63,707 bases of DNA from Lama glama (Eukaryota): positions 38,564,294 through 38,628,000 of the forward strand of contig CM052828.1 of NCBI GenBank assembly GCA_028534125.1, written 5' to 3'. Position numbers and translations under genes: made by a program. Position 1 is the stretch's first letter. Every line of letters begins with the position of its first letter. Below are positions 25,938 to 38,818 of the stretch, piece after piece. The notes under the pieces are model-generated. The model was not told the origin of the DNA. It did not search any database and saw nothing but the letters and a program-made list of their open reading frames with translations.

Positions 25938-26006
25938 GTTTTCTATTAGCAATAATCGTGCCTCGGATAAACCTCATTGGCTATGATATTGCCACTGTGC
26001 AAAGCT
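25938..26006 (-). pseudogene. RNU4: U4 snRNA retro-pseudogene, first ~69 nt only
   Basis: Reverse complement AGCTTTGCACAGTGGCAATATCATAGCCAATGAGGTTTATCCGAGGCACGATTATTGCTAATAGAAAAC matches the U4 5' end (AGCUUUGCGCAGUGGCAGUAUCGUAGCCAAUGAGG...) with mostly CpG-type changes; no Sm site and no 3' stem-loops. Confidence 0.93.
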
Positions 26007-26044
26007 GACAGTTAAAAAAATAAAAATTAAAAAAAAAAGTAGAT

Positions 26045-26350
26045 CAGTGGTGAGTGAAAAGCAAGGGCCCTGCGGCCAGACTGCAGGGTGTGTCTCTTTG
26101 TTTCCCCACTTACTAGAAAGATGACTTTGGATAGGTCATTTAATCCTTCAAAGGTCTCAGTTATCCAGTGTGTAAAATGGGAATAAAAATACTATTTCCT
26201 AATGTAACTTCAACTACTCTTCAATTCTAAAAAATAAGGCTATTTCCTATCTCGTAATGTCGTCGACAAGGTTTTTAACAGTAATTTATGTGCAGCACTT
26301 AAATCAGAGCTTGGCACAAAAGAAGCTCTATGTGCTGGCTGTCATTAATA
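26045..26350 (+). mobile_element. MIR SINE
   Basis: ggccagactgcaggg...ccacttactag...ctcagttatccagtgtgtaaaatggga...gcacttaaatcagagcttggcaca. Confidence 0.75.
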
Positions 26351-26353
26351 TAA

Positions 26354-26397
26354 TCCTCCTCCTCTTCCTCCTCCTCCTCCTCCTCCTCCTCCTCCTC
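26354..26397. repeat. (CTC)n trinucleotide repeat
   Basis: cctcctcctcttcctcctcctc... about 14 units with one interruption. Confidence 0.9.
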
Positions 26398-26586
26398 ATT
26401 ATAAAGTATAATGTCCATTCATCTCAATTCTCAGAAATGGTTTCATGGAATGTCAGAGGGTATTTCACATTCACACATCTTTTCCAGCACTTCTTGGAAT
26501 GTTTGAAACAGAAGAAGAAAAAAACAAAACAAAAACAACCTCTTGTCAAGAAATTATATTACAAAGATTAGTTAGCAGAAAAGTAC

Positions 26587-27312
26587 TGTGGCAGACACTG
26601 TTGGCTGAATAACCAGACCCAACTTCCAGGCACTTCCCTGGGTCCTCTCCCAGTTTGGAATGTCCACATGACACAGTTCAGCACGAAAAGGCTCTTCCCT
26701 TCTTCCTACTGACATGACTGCCAGGCTGCAGGAGCCCTCCTTGGCCAATGAAGGAAACCCCAAAAGAATCAAAGACCTCAGTATTATGCTAAGTGAAATA
26801 ACTCAGATAGAGAAAGACAAATACTATATAATATTACTCATATGTGGAATCTAAAAATAAAACAAATAGTGAATATAGCAAAAAGGAAACAGACTCACAG
26901 ATATACAGAACAAACTAGTGGTAACCAGTGGGGAAAGGGAGGGGAAGGGACAACACAGGGTAAGGGATTAAGAGATATAAATTATTACGTATAAAATAAA
27001 TAAGCTACAAGGATATACTGCACAATACAGGGAATATAACCAATATTTATAATAACTATACGTGGAATACAATTTCTAAAAATTGTGAATCACTATGTTG
27101 TATATCTGAAACTTACATATTGTACATCAGCTATACTAAATAAAAAAAAAAAAACAGAGGCTCAGTGCTAATCTTGCTAAGCCCCTCAACCAGTGCCAGC
27201 AAAAACCCATCCTGAGATTTTCCATCATGAATGAAAAATAAATTTCTTTACAATTAAGACATCATATTCAGGTTTTCTAATGTATGCAGCCCAAAGCATT
27301 CCTGACCAATAC
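26587..27312 (+). mobile_element. MaLR LTR (MLT1J-like) split by an L1 insertion
   Basis: tgtggcagacactgttggct at the start; ...ggttttctaatgtatgcagcccaaagcattcctgaccaatac at the end. Confidence 0.6.
26783..27155 (+). mobile_element. L1 3' end nested in the MLT1 LTR
   Basis: attatgctaagtgaaataactcagatagagaaagacaaatac...tgtggaatctaaaa...A tail; degenerate TSD (a)gacctcagt / agaggctcagt. Confidence 0.9.
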
Positions 27313-28919
27313 GTTTATAGGTGCCACTTTGCCCAAGAGATCTTAGTCTGCAGCAAGTCAGACACATCCATCATTACTGACACCTGATTTCTTTTCCTAG
27401 GATAAAGGTAGGTCCTTGGTGCTTCTGCTTCTGTTCAGCGTTCTACCTTTCCTGCATAAGTTGCATCCTGGAAATATCCAGGGAGCCCTTCCTTCTAGGT
27501 TTCCCCCATTTCATCCCCTATTCCCAGCCTCATGCTGCAGGCTTTTCATTGCTTGCCTTCCAGGAAGCCACATTCTGGGTGTCCAGTGTTCCTATATAGA
27601 TGCTATTCGCTCCCCTTGACACCAACGACAGAAGTTTTCTCTTCAGTGTCACCTGGTAATGGGGGCAGACACCTTCCCGTCACTTGTCTCTCTCCATCTC
27701 ATCAGTTGTGTTATTGTGGCCAACTGTTCTAGTCACCAGTGGTTCTCAAAAAGCCCTCCTGCCTAATCACTCCTCAGCCCCTTCCTGCTCTCTAATGAAG
27801 TCTGGTGGCAGCTGTATAAACAATAAAATTGGTAACAGCTACACAGTTTGTGAATTAGTGTTTCCAAGGGGGGTGCCCAATTGTTATATTGCATTTTTGT
27901 CATGTAGACAATCAGATTGTTCACTGAAATAATTACATTAAAATACATTTAAATTGTCTTTTTTTAAGACTGCTTCTTCTGACCTAAGATTATTCAACCA
28001 TTTCAATAACAAAGAAAAAAAAACTGGAACTTGGACTCAGTGATTGATAATTTTCTTCTTCATCAACTTAGTTCATATTTTGGAAACAATGTTTGCCTGT
28101 TTAATTTCATGTGAAAAATTATAGTCCTCTTGGATAAACAATAGTGTCAACAAGTAGCATCTACATACAGCTAGGGGGGAAAACCCTATATTCTTGCTGC
28201 CAGCAGAAAGATAAATTTTGCTTGCCTTTGAAAGCCAGGGGATTAACTAGCATTTGGGGGGCAGATGTTTTAAAAGATACAGAACCTGTCATATTTTCTG
28301 CTTCATGAACTAAACATAAACACTGGGAAGGCTGTTACGGGTGTTACAGCTGTCTGCTAACAGATGAGGCTTTGGAGGTTGTGATTCAAAGGACCAGCAA
28401 AGACCATTCTGTGTTTAATAAACCATACCCTCTCCAGTGCTGAGATTACCCCTGACATGTGGAGTTAAAATTCGGGGAGAAAAAAAACAAACAGTTCTTT
28501 CAAGTCACAGAGGTAGATAACGTAAGATTCTGTGATTGTAAATAAATCACATGGGTTGTGAAGAGATGCAATTGTGAGGGATGTCATTTTTAAAATTCAC
28601 TATAATTTACAAGTAAGAGGGGCCTGACTGATTATGTATCATTCAAATTGTTATTTGAAAATGATTTAGGCCACAGAGGACACAAAACTGTATTTCTATT
28701 TGTTTTGCAACAAAACATGTATGTGTGTATCAAGGTGAATCAGAAACTCTTCTCAAATAAGAAAAACTTTTAATTATAATAATAATGAAGACAAAAGTCA
28801 TTTTCTGGCAGTAGCTCAATAATATACCAGGAATGGAGTCATTATACACATAATTCAGACATAATGTAATCCCCAAGACACATATTCCTAAAATAAAAAT
28901 GCAGACAGCCTGCCTGTCC

Positions 28920-29112
28920 ATCTGGCTCTTGCTGTGTTATTCTGTGCAAGCAGCTTAACATCTCTGAGCCTCAGTATCCAGATCCATAAGATGCAGCTAA
29001 AAACTAGGTTTCAGGGTTGTTAAAACAAGTGAAATAAATTAATCTTTTTACAGTGCTTGGAACAATCCAAACATATAATAAATGATACATAAGTATAAAT
29101 AACAAATAATAA
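28920..29112 (+). mobile_element. MIR SINE
   Basis: ttaacatctctgagcctcagtatcc...agggttgtt...gtgcttggaaca. Confidence 0.65.
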
Positions 29113-29235
29113 CAGCTGAATAGCTTACCTGATGCCTGATGGGATAGATTTAAACTCATCAGTCAGTAGAAGGAGCTATGGAAGCCTCCAGTCTAATCTC
29201 TTATCTCATGCAAGAATCCTCTGAAAACAAAAATG

Positions 29236-29828
29236 TGACCCAGCCATTCCACTCCTGGTTATGTATCCAAAAAAAAAAGGACACTAATTCAAAANNNNNN
29301 NNNNNNNNNNNNNNNNNNNNNNNNNNNNNNNNNNNNNNNNNNNNNNNNNNNNNNNNNNNNNNNNNNNNNNNNNNNNNNNNNNNNNNNNNNNNNNNNNNNN
29401 NNNNNNNNNNNNNNNNNNNNNNNNNNNNNNNNNNNNNNNNNNNNNNNNNNNNNNNNNNNNNNNNNNNNNNNNNNNNNNNNNNNNNNNNNNCAACATTGAT
29501 GGATTTGGAGGGTATTATGCTAAGTGAAATAATTAAGAGAAAGACAAATACTGTGTGATCTCACTTATATGTGGAATCTAAAAAAATACAACAAACTAGT
29601 GAATATAACAAAAAAGAAGCAGACAGAGAACAACCTGGTGGTTACCAGTGGAGAGAGGGAGAGGCTGTACAGGGGTGGGGAGTAGGAGGTACATACTACT
29701 GGGTGTAAGGCCACAAGGACGTCATGCTGTACAACACAGGGAACACAGCCAATATTTTGTAATAACTGTGAATGGAGTATGACCTTTAAAAATTGTATAA
29801 AAAATAAGCAATTAAAACAAAAACAAAT
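29236..29828 (+). mobile_element. L1 (L1MA-like) ORF2 end and 3' UTR, with N-run 29295-29490
   Basis: tgacccagccattccactcctgg...tggagggtattatgctaagtgaaat...cacttatatgtggaatctaaaaa. Confidence 0.9.
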
Positions 29829-31789
29829 GTTGACACACTCTGACCTGAGGAAGGGGAGACTGAAAACTACCTCCCTGTAATTCCCACCTTGAATTCTAAA
29901 TCTGAAACTCTAACAAATGAATCCAAGTTTGCTTCCACATGGCAATCCATCCCAATTTGTAAGGAGCCATCACTGCCTTCTCTCCTTCAAGCCAAGATCC
30001 TCTATGTCTTCATCCTTTGAGATTTTGATGGAGCCCTAGCTCTGTCACTGTCCTCAACACTGTCCCCAACACTGTCCCTGCAGGCACTGCATTTGCTGGG
30101 TTCCCCAGGAAAGTAGGGAAGGAAGTAACCAGATGTGGTCTACATGGTGGTGTATCTGTCACTCTCATTCCAAACCTTGATTTCTACTAACTGAGGCTCA
30201 AATAGCATCCCCATTCTTTGGCATCTGTGTCACCCTATTGCCTCATACTTGGTTTTCAGTTAATAAAACTAGTCTCTTGATCTACCAAAAAGCCAGAACA
30301 CCAGCTCCATCCTTACACTGGCATCTTTAAGCCTCAACTCTAAAGACTATATTTATCCCTATTAATAATAAGTCTCACCTGATTATTAATCAATATAAAT
30401 GTGTGTGCAAATGGAATCAGTACACCAAATCAGATTTTAAATTCCCTGGAGGAAATTCAGTTTTTAACAGAAATCTTATGATCAAATTTTGTAAAGCAAA
30501 TAACTGTCCTTCAATTGATGTTTTTGTATCTATTAACATATTACAGTTGCCTACAGCAGGAAACAAATATATTAAGCTTTGGATTATACCATATTATGTT
30601 ATTAAAGCAGATCTGCCTTCCTGTACTTTGATTAGGTTAATACTAAAATTAGTTTATTTTCCGTGAATGCACTGAAACCAGAAGATTAGCGTGCAGAAGA
30701 GAGAGCCAGGAGGCCACAGACCCAAACACTATGCCCAGGTCTAAAATTTCCTTGACGTATACAATCTTTAAATGGCAAACCAAGAGTTGGTTCTTGGTTT
30801 AAAATTTCCCTCCCACCCCTTTTATATGAATAAAATAATATTATTGAAAAAAATTACAGCTGACCCTCTCCTATTTATTCAGTTTCCATTTAATTTGGTT
30901 TCACAGTTGGGTCACTCTCTTCCAGGGCTTTCTATCAGGTAGGGCCCGTAGGCAAAGCCCTCTACAGGTTGACTCCAGTTCATGTCTTGTCTCATCCCTG
31001 ATCACGCTCTACCACTGGCACCCCTAGAGTTTCACCAGCCCACCCAACTTGTATTCTCAGCTCCACCCATTTCTCCAAACCAATGCCAACAAAGGAGGCA
31101 GTTGGTAAGATCTTAAACCAATCCTGTGGTTAAGACAACTAATATCCAGTGGTGATGCCTAGGAATCAGAGCTGAGCAGTACAACTTCTGATACTAATCC
31201 TATCCTACTGCTGAGCACACTGCACATGGCCGTCCTTCTCAGATCCTCATGAGCCTTCTTGTCTCCTTACTGGGGATGAAACTCTTCCCCAAGCCCAGAC
31301 ATTTAACTGAGGCCCTGACGACTTTTCCAGCCCATTTCTAGATCCCTGTTATTAAGCTATTACTGGGATCCTGCCTTAAACCAAAAAGATCTCCCAGCAC
31401 CAACATGCCACCTCCCATTAGACTTTCAATATCAGTATTTATGCCCAGGGATCTCCCACCGCATTGGAAATATGGGCCCAAATTTACCATGGGCCTTTCA
31501 ACATCACAATTTGAACTACTGATTCTAAAGAGGAACTTTAAGAAGAAATATGCAAACCTATGTATAAAGAAAGCCACAACTTCTTTTTCTGAGGCATAAA
31601 GGAGTGCCAAATAGCTGAAGATATATGGCATGTTCCTTGGAAAGGCAGGGAGTCAAGGCTAAGCTGTACCAAGAACCCAGCTGAACCCATCAAAACTTTG
31701 ATGACACCAGTCTATTCATGGGGAGATTTTCTAATCAGCAAGATTCAGGTCTGGAAGACTGATGGATGAATTCATCCAGGCTTGAGATT

Positions 31790-32260
31790 TTGCTAAGCAG
31801 ATGTCGAACAAGAACATGGGGTCAAAAGAGTTGATATTGTCAAAGAGAGACAGAAATGGTGGAACGTAAAATCTAAATGGCTTGGTAAATGAATATAGAA
31901 AGTGGGTAACAGAGAAAGAAAATGTAGAAGAATCAAGAGTCTGGAGAGCCTAATGGGACAAAGAGATGGATGATCCAGGCCAGAGGCTCAATGTCAAGAG
32001 AGCAAAGTCTGGATATAAAATTTCAATGATGAAGACACGAGTGATGACAAAGCATGGAAATGGAAGGGCATGATAAAGAGGGGACGGCGGAAGCTATTGG
32101 AGATGAGTAACTCAAAGCCCTGAGAAACCTGTGTCATCTGGGCAGGTGTTGAAGTCATCTGGGCAGGTGTTGAAGTCATCTGGGATACCACATGGACTGA
32201 GGGTCCACAGGAAGACTGAAGCCAGGTGCCAAAGTGGAATCTCTCTAGAAGGATCATCAG
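31790..32260 (-). mobile_element. Degenerate LINE-2 internal fragment
   Basis: Purine-rich, gaagctattggagatgag...gttgaagtcatc...gaagccaggtgccaaagt, as in antisense L2. Confidence 0.45.
32133..32184. repeat. 21-bp tandem repeat, 2.5 perfect copies
   Basis: gtcatctgggcaggtgttgaa x2 + gtcatctggg. Confidence 0.9.
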
Positions 32261-32861
32261 CTTATTTAAGATAGTAAATTAGACACAGAACCAAAAAAAA
32301 AAAAAAAGAAGAAATCTGGGCTGTCTTCAATTTTTCCATTTCTAAGATTGAGATAGGGGAGTTAAGAGTTCTTGGTTTAAATTTTCTAGTTATTTCCACA
32401 AATCAATTTAATTTCACCAAGAAAATTTATGAAACATGGTTCCCTGGCAATAACAGTATCAATCAGGTGATGTGGTACCACAGCATGAGATTTCAGAGAT
32501 CTGTACTTCAACAATGAAACAGAACCTATTTAGAGCTGTTTCTAGCATGGCAAGAAAATGAACTCAGGGGATAACTATTAAAACATAAAATGAAAAAAAA
32601 AATGCATTTGACACATTTATTTCATTAGCTTAGAAAGCTGTTTACAAACAATTAAAATTCTTGATAACTAGCCAAAAAGAAAATGGTGGAAGAAAGGAAA
32701 TGAGATGGATTCTAGCTAGGACAGTTGATAGCAACTAGAACAAAATTGTAAAATGTTACATAAAAGTGACTGTCATGTGAAAATTCCAGTCACCTGTAGC
32801 CTCCCTAGTACCAGCCATCGATTTCCTTGGAATGGCATTTTGTTTCAATGTATCAGTTCAG

Positions 32862-32936
32862 AGAAGATGTTCTTGAAGAACTGAAGTTCTAGCATCAAAC
32901 CAAAAGTACAAACCCAGGCATGTAAAAAAGCCAAAG
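32862..32936 (+). pseudogene. Candidate disabled exon (RRCS*RTEVLASNQKYKPRHVKKPK; alternative acceptor at 32857)
   Basis: Acceptor ttttgtttcaatgtatcag/ttcag|, donor AAG|gtaaag; each frame carries at least one stop. Confidence 0.3.
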
Positions 32937-33464
32937 GTAAAGTTCTGTTGGTCCTGATTCCTTTGATAAATAATTAAATAATAATGAAATTGGAGGGCAG
33001 TTAGCCCTTATTTTAAAAATTCCAACTTGTTCAGATGAACATCTACTAAAAATGGCATATTAAATGACATGCTTTGAGGCCCCAGTGCTTGACCCAAGGG
33101 ACAAGTCTGTCACAGTTTTGGTTAAAGTAAAATCTCCTCAGTAATCATCCCCAGGGCTCTTCTGATTATTACTCATACACTAAGTTACAAAAACTCAGAA
33201 ACAGACTATAAGGTTGGGAAGAAAGAGACTGAGCCATGACTGACTCTTGGACTTTTCATTTCTTCTACAAAGTGAAATTCTACTCATCTTGCTCATTGAT
33301 ATCTCAGACCACCTAACACCCTCAAGTTCTATCCTCTAGAAAACATCTAACTGAGAATCTGGGAGAAGAGTAACCAAGGTTGTCCATTTCCTCTGCTAAT
33401 GTCAGATCACCATCGCCATAGACTCATTTACCATAGACAGTGGGGATCTTCATCAACAGTGTGG

Positions 33465-33528
33465 ACCAGGATTCTTGGCAGGAAATTAATATTTAACCAG
33501 GATTCTTGGCAGGAAATTAGTATTTAAC
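33465..33528. repeat. 31-bp tandem duplication (1 mismatch)
   Basis: accaggattcttggcaggaaatta(a/g)tattta x2. Confidence 0.9.
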
Positions 33529-34491
33529 TAAATATATTTTTTTTAATATTTGTCTTTCTATGCAGGTCCCTCTGTTGAACTTGGATTTATTGTTCTTTTT
33601 AATTTGCAAACCAATTTTTATTCATCTTGCTTATATATGTTGTACATAGAGACTGAGACCTTTAATTGAAACTACAAAAGCTCTAAAAATTAGTAATAGC
33701 TTCATGGTTGATAATAATAATTTCACCTTCATGGTTGAGGGTTCATAAACTTTAACAGGTAAGCAACTTTTGATACTAATGTTTGAAATGAGTCTTAGTT
33801 TTAACATTACAAGTAATAAATTAGGCAAAAATAACAAGGCAAAAAGAGGAAATATACACATACACACACAAAGAACTTTTTGTTTTATTCTTCTAAATCC
33901 CAAAGTGATGCAGATACTATCAATCAGTTTATTTGTGAGAGCATACCAGTTGCCAGTATTTTTCTCACGTTGAACATTTGAGGGGAGAATGGATATTTTT
34001 TTCCATTAGCTTCAAAACTTGAGGGAAAAACTGTGGCCAAAAAATCCAGACTAAGTGGGCATATACATTTTTAGCAGAACAAAAATAGACTAAAGAAAGA
34101 GTTAATGTGCGTGTGCTACAGGAAAAGAAAAAAATCATACCTCTTTATCTCATGTCTTAAGAATTAATTCTATGTTTTCAAATTTTTCCATAAAATATTA
34201 TCTTCTCACTTTAAAATGAGAAAGCTGAGCATAAACAAAACTGTATTTATTTCATGTTTCATTCTCTGAAGTAAATTAACATAAAGCTACTTTTCAACTT
34301 GACACAGTAACAGTTAAACCATCACAGACAAGGATTCTGTAAACTCTCTGTTTTAAGTTGACAACTTAAATCTCCAAGACTCAGTCTGGAACACTTGCTG
34401 ACCAAAATATTTTATGACCTATTCCTGGAATTATTCAAAAGAAAATAATAAAACACATCACACTGAGTAATTTTTCTTTTTGGAACGCCAG

Positions 34492-34610
34492 GGTAGAATC
34501 TTGCAAAGATTTGATTGAACAGCAATGTCCCTCTGGAGATAAATTTAGCAAAGATGCTTTGACCAGGAAAATATTTTTCTGGCAAAATATGTAGGAAGAG
34601 ACACAAAGCA
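34492..34610 (+). pseudogene. Candidate disabled exon (119 nt, phase 0 to 2): GRILQRFD...FDQENIFLAKYVGRDTK
   Basis: Acceptor aatttttctttttggaacgccag|, strong donor GCA|gtaagt; ends are in phase with the flanking candidate exons; middle has 3 stops or a compensating frameshift pair. Confidence 0.35.
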
Positions 34611-37600
34611 GTAAGTGTTCATTTGTGCTTTTTCCTCCCTATGGTGACAGTGTAAAAAGATTTCATCTACCTTTATTTCTGATTGCAGCATAAATTTAAG
34701 ATAAGCGGTTCCCTTGTAGACAATCCACTTGTAGATGCTTTAGCCCTGATGCCGTGTTTGTCCAAGTTCTTGCCCTAAGAAGAAATTATTTATGCTTAGA
34801 GAAAAACCTATCACAAAATAATGCATGCATGTAAAGTGTGAATATGACTCGGCATTTTTTTCTTTAAAATTAGTCACTTCAGAAGAAGACAGATTGTTAA
34901 AACTTGTCCTAAATATCAAACATTCTATTTCAGCAAAATATTTTGAGTGTCACGAGTGATTCAAAGTAGATAATGATTAGAGTTTAAATCAGGAGATGGA
35001 CACTAAAGCATCAGCCAAAATGCTGGAGACTAAAGAAGAGAGACGAGAAGTATCAGCAAAACCACTCACAAGCAAGTTTTTTATTTCATAAGCGCTTCAA
35101 ATACAATGTCACGCTAATTAATTGTATTGATTAAAATGACAGTTGCTCAACATATCAGAGTAAAAATAATCAAATAGTTTTGGCTTTAACCATCTTATAC
35201 GCTGTTGAGAGGGTATTAATTTATCCTTTTAGTCTTGGAACAAGATTAGGTTTTCAACCAAAATGTGACTAGCCAGACTCATAAAAATTGGTATCGTATT
35301 CACTTAAAAAATACACTACTCAACCTTTGCCAGACCCCTTAGCTTATCTTTGTTCTTGCGTCAATGAAGCATTTAATCTTGCCTGCCTTCTTCAACAAAA
35401 CCAATGAAACAGTCATACCATCCAGCAAGAATTGTTCTTTAAAATAAGAAGCTTTGATGTAAGATCTTAGCTAGAGTGTGTACTCCCGTGCACAATTAGA
35501 AACCTATGGTCAATTGGATAGACTGTTTCTTCTGTAACACCATTTGCCCTTTCTCCAAGTCCAGAGCGAAGATCTTTTTGAGCAAAGTAGCTGAAAAGAC
35601 AGGCTCAGGATAAAGGGCAAATGCAGACTGATTTTGTAGGACTGACTTTTCTTTAAGCTAGAAATAAACTAATTTAGAATTTGTATACAAGAATCAGATA
35701 GTTTTTCTTTTTTCTTTTTTTTTCTTTACTTTCTTAAAAAGTAAAAATGTACTTTTTACTCAAATTTTGAAGGAAATATTGCTGGAATAAGACCTATGAA
35801 TTTAATATATTAAACTAGGTAAAATCTGAAAAGTCTTTTTAGTAAAAACTAGTTTATATTTCCCATGTATTACTTCCTCTCGTTTTTCTACCTCCCTCTT
35901 TGTCAATTTTCTACCCTCCTCTCTTTGTATTTTCTTTTATCCCTATCCTTGGGTTGCGGAAGTTTCCATGGTTCAACCTTCTTCCAATTTCTTGTTTCTC
36001 TCTGCTTGATATTTCATAGCTGGGTCACATTTGTATAGCAGTTAATACATTTTACAACAATTACCACATTGGATTCTCATAGCCATCCTATGAAATAGTC
36101 CTGGAAGATGTTACAATCTTCCATTTTACACCTGAATCTCATAACTATTAAGTGGTAACACAGAAACTCACAAGAACCTTCCAGTTGTCTTCACCCAATT
36201 CAAAGAGACCACACAGGCCACACAGAAAATAAAATCTGTCCTCTTCAATGTGGCCTCAAAATACGAACTCCTCTGATGAACACAACATTTTATGAATTAG
36301 AAAAGTCAACTACTTTGGTCCTCTATTTTACTGATGAAGATATGGTGGCTCAGAAAAGCTAAAGAATTTATTCATAAGTAGCCAGTAGTGGTGCTGAGCT
36401 TAGAGTCTAAAGAATATCAGTATGAAAAGAGTTTTCAACATCCACATGAACCTGTGGACTATTCTTTACTATAAGGTTACAGGTAGGAGTTATGGCTTGT
36501 TATTTTCATCATTCTGCACAGACCTCATAGTATGTATGTATCTGTTTATGTCCTGTGTGCTAGGCTATTGGGATAGGGGAAAAACTTACACATTTTTGCC
36601 AGATGACTGCCTCTAAGCTGTGCATTGAATTAAATCCAATTACTTGGTTCCTTCTAAAATTTAAAATATATGATTAAAAGATCAAAACATTTTAATAACT
36701 AAGTCCAGATGATAGTTCTATACTAACACTCCTTTAAATAAGCATTCATGACCTGAAACATTCCTAACACATTACAAGTATGTGCACGCATGTATGGTGA
36801 ACACATACTGTTTCTTGCAATATCATCACAACTCACTGCCTTGCCTTGTGACCCTCCGGATGGCCCATTGGTTCTGTTTAAACTGAACACCAAGATTCCT
36901 CTCTCATAATTGCTGGCTACCAGAAGGAGCTGATTGTGGCAGCTGGTCCCCCTGGTCAATTGCAACATTCCATTGCTTGAGCTTAAGTTTCAACATTGTC
37001 TTCAGGCTCTTTTCCTCTACCTACCTAGTTCATAGCTGTAATCAGTCCTTGATTATCTATGCAGAGTGGGGAAAGGGACAACAATAATTTTAACTGCCAT
37101 CATCAAAGGAGAATTGTTTGAAAGGACAAAAATTATTATACTAGTTGAGGCAGGTGATCTCAGTTTTTGGGGGGTTTGTTGTTGTTCTCTGAAGGCAGCA
37201 ACTAGACTTGTGGAAGAATGTGATTATCAAGTGTATATTTCTTATTAATCATTCATTTATTCATTCAATGATTTTAATGAAGCGTGTAGGATGTATAAGA
37301 CCTCAATTAAGTGGCTGGGGGCNNNNNNNNNNNNNNNNNNNNNNNNNNNNNNNNNNNNNNNNNNNNNNNNNNNNNNNNNNNNNNNNNNNNNNNNNNNNNN
37401 NNNNNNNNNNNNNNNNNNNNNNNNNNNNNNNNNNNNNNNNNNNNNNNNNNNNNNNNNNNNNNNNNNNNNNNNNNNNNNNNNNNNNNNNNNNNNNNNNNNN
37501 NNNNNNNNNNNNNNNNNNNNNNNNNNNNNNNNNNNNNNNNNNNNNNNNNNNNNNNNNNNNNNNNNNNNNNNNNNNNNNNNNNNNNNNNNNNNNNNNNNNN

Positions 37601-38272
37601 NNNNNNNNNNNNNNNNNNNNNNNNNNNNNNNNNNNNNNNNNNNNNNNNNNNNNTTAAATCCTAAATTGAGACTTCCAGCTAACGTTTCAGTGATGTGCTG
37701 TTTTCTCTCAGACCCTGGGCTTCTCCACTCTCCCCTTCTACCGAGTTAATGCTGATTCATCCTTCACAACTGACATCCAAGGTTGCCCAGTGAAAATGTT
37801 CCCTAAACCCACCTCCCAACCACAGTAATTGCTTCCCCTCATTGTGCCTTCCTCTCACATCTATTATCACATTAGGTCTAATTTTATATCTTAAATATTT
37901 TGTTTTATTTTAAATATATTTAAAATATGTTTAATATAGGCATTATCTAAGACATGATATTAATCATATTTATTATATTTAATAAATATATTGTTATATA
38001 TTTTAATAATTACTTTGTCTCCTCAGAAGCCAATACCATGCCAACCATTTAAGAGGTCCCCAGTAAATATCCTGAATAAAGAAATGTCTTAGTAAATGAT
38101 AGATATAAGACAAAATGATGTAAGCTCTTAGTGGTTAAAACATAAGTTTTGAGTCAGATTTCTGGGATTAAATTCTTATTCAATGCTTACTAGCTGAAAA
38201 AATTTGAGAACAACGCAGAGATTAAAGCTGCCTCAAGCAACAGAAAATTTTTAGTAAGAATCCTGTGAAGGT

Positions 38273-38818
38273 TAATTTTATGTGTCAGCTTGGCTAGTCT
38301 ATGGTACCCAATTGCTTGGTCAAACACTAGTGTATATGTTGCAGAAAGAAATCATCAGACTTTGTATAAAGCAAATTACCCTCTAAACGGTGGGTGGGAC
38401 CCATCAAATCAGTTGAAGACCTTAAAAGGAAGAAATTCTCCTCAAAAATTGCAACATAGAAATTCTGCCTGAGTTTCCATCCTGTTACCCTGAGGCATTC
38501 AGACTCAAGACTGAAACATCAACTCTTACCTGAATTTCAAATTTCAGACTTTCNNNNNNNNNNNNNNNNNNNNNNNNNNNNNNNNNNNNNNNNNNNNNNN
38601 NNNNNNNNNNNNNNNNNNNNNNNNNNNNNNNNNNNNNNNNNNNNNNNNNNNNNNNNNNNNNNNNNNNNNNNNNNNNNNNNNNNNNATAATAATATATAAA
38701 GATATAGTTTTATATATGTGTATCACATATATGATATATGTGTATATGTGTGTGTGTGTGTATATATATGTATATATATATATATTTTCTGTTTCTCTGG
38801 AAAACCCTGCCTAATACA
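38273..38818 (+). mobile_element. ERVL LTR MLT2 (MLT2B/D-like) with N-run 38554-38685 and a (TA/TG)n tract
   Basis: tgtgaaggttaattttatgtgtcagcttggctag...ttctgtttctctggaaaaccctgcctaataca. Confidence 0.9.

Noticed and set aside
25938-26006. Functional U4 snRNA gene
   Set aside because: Lacks the 3' half including the Sm site, shows CpG decay, and has no recognisable PSE.
26257-26571. ORF with a poly-Leu signal or TM-like stretch
   Set aside because: Produced by the (CTC)n repeat at a MIR tail.
27401-27407. 7-nt microexon (ttttcctag|GATAAAG|gtaggt)
   Set aside because: Good-looking signals but frame-shifting and easily arising by chance; no support.
30860-31760. Unclassified segment with 97-aa and 64-aa ORFs
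   Set aside because: Probably an ancient TE remnant next to L2; no family or splice structure could be supported.
32133-33528. CRISPR-like direct repeats
   Set aside because: Simple head-to-tail duplications without spacers, in a eukaryotic genome with no cas genes.
37208-37749. Long ORFs full of X (also at 3.6, 29.2, 38.5 and 54.7 kb)
   Set aside because: Artefacts of translating through N-runs.
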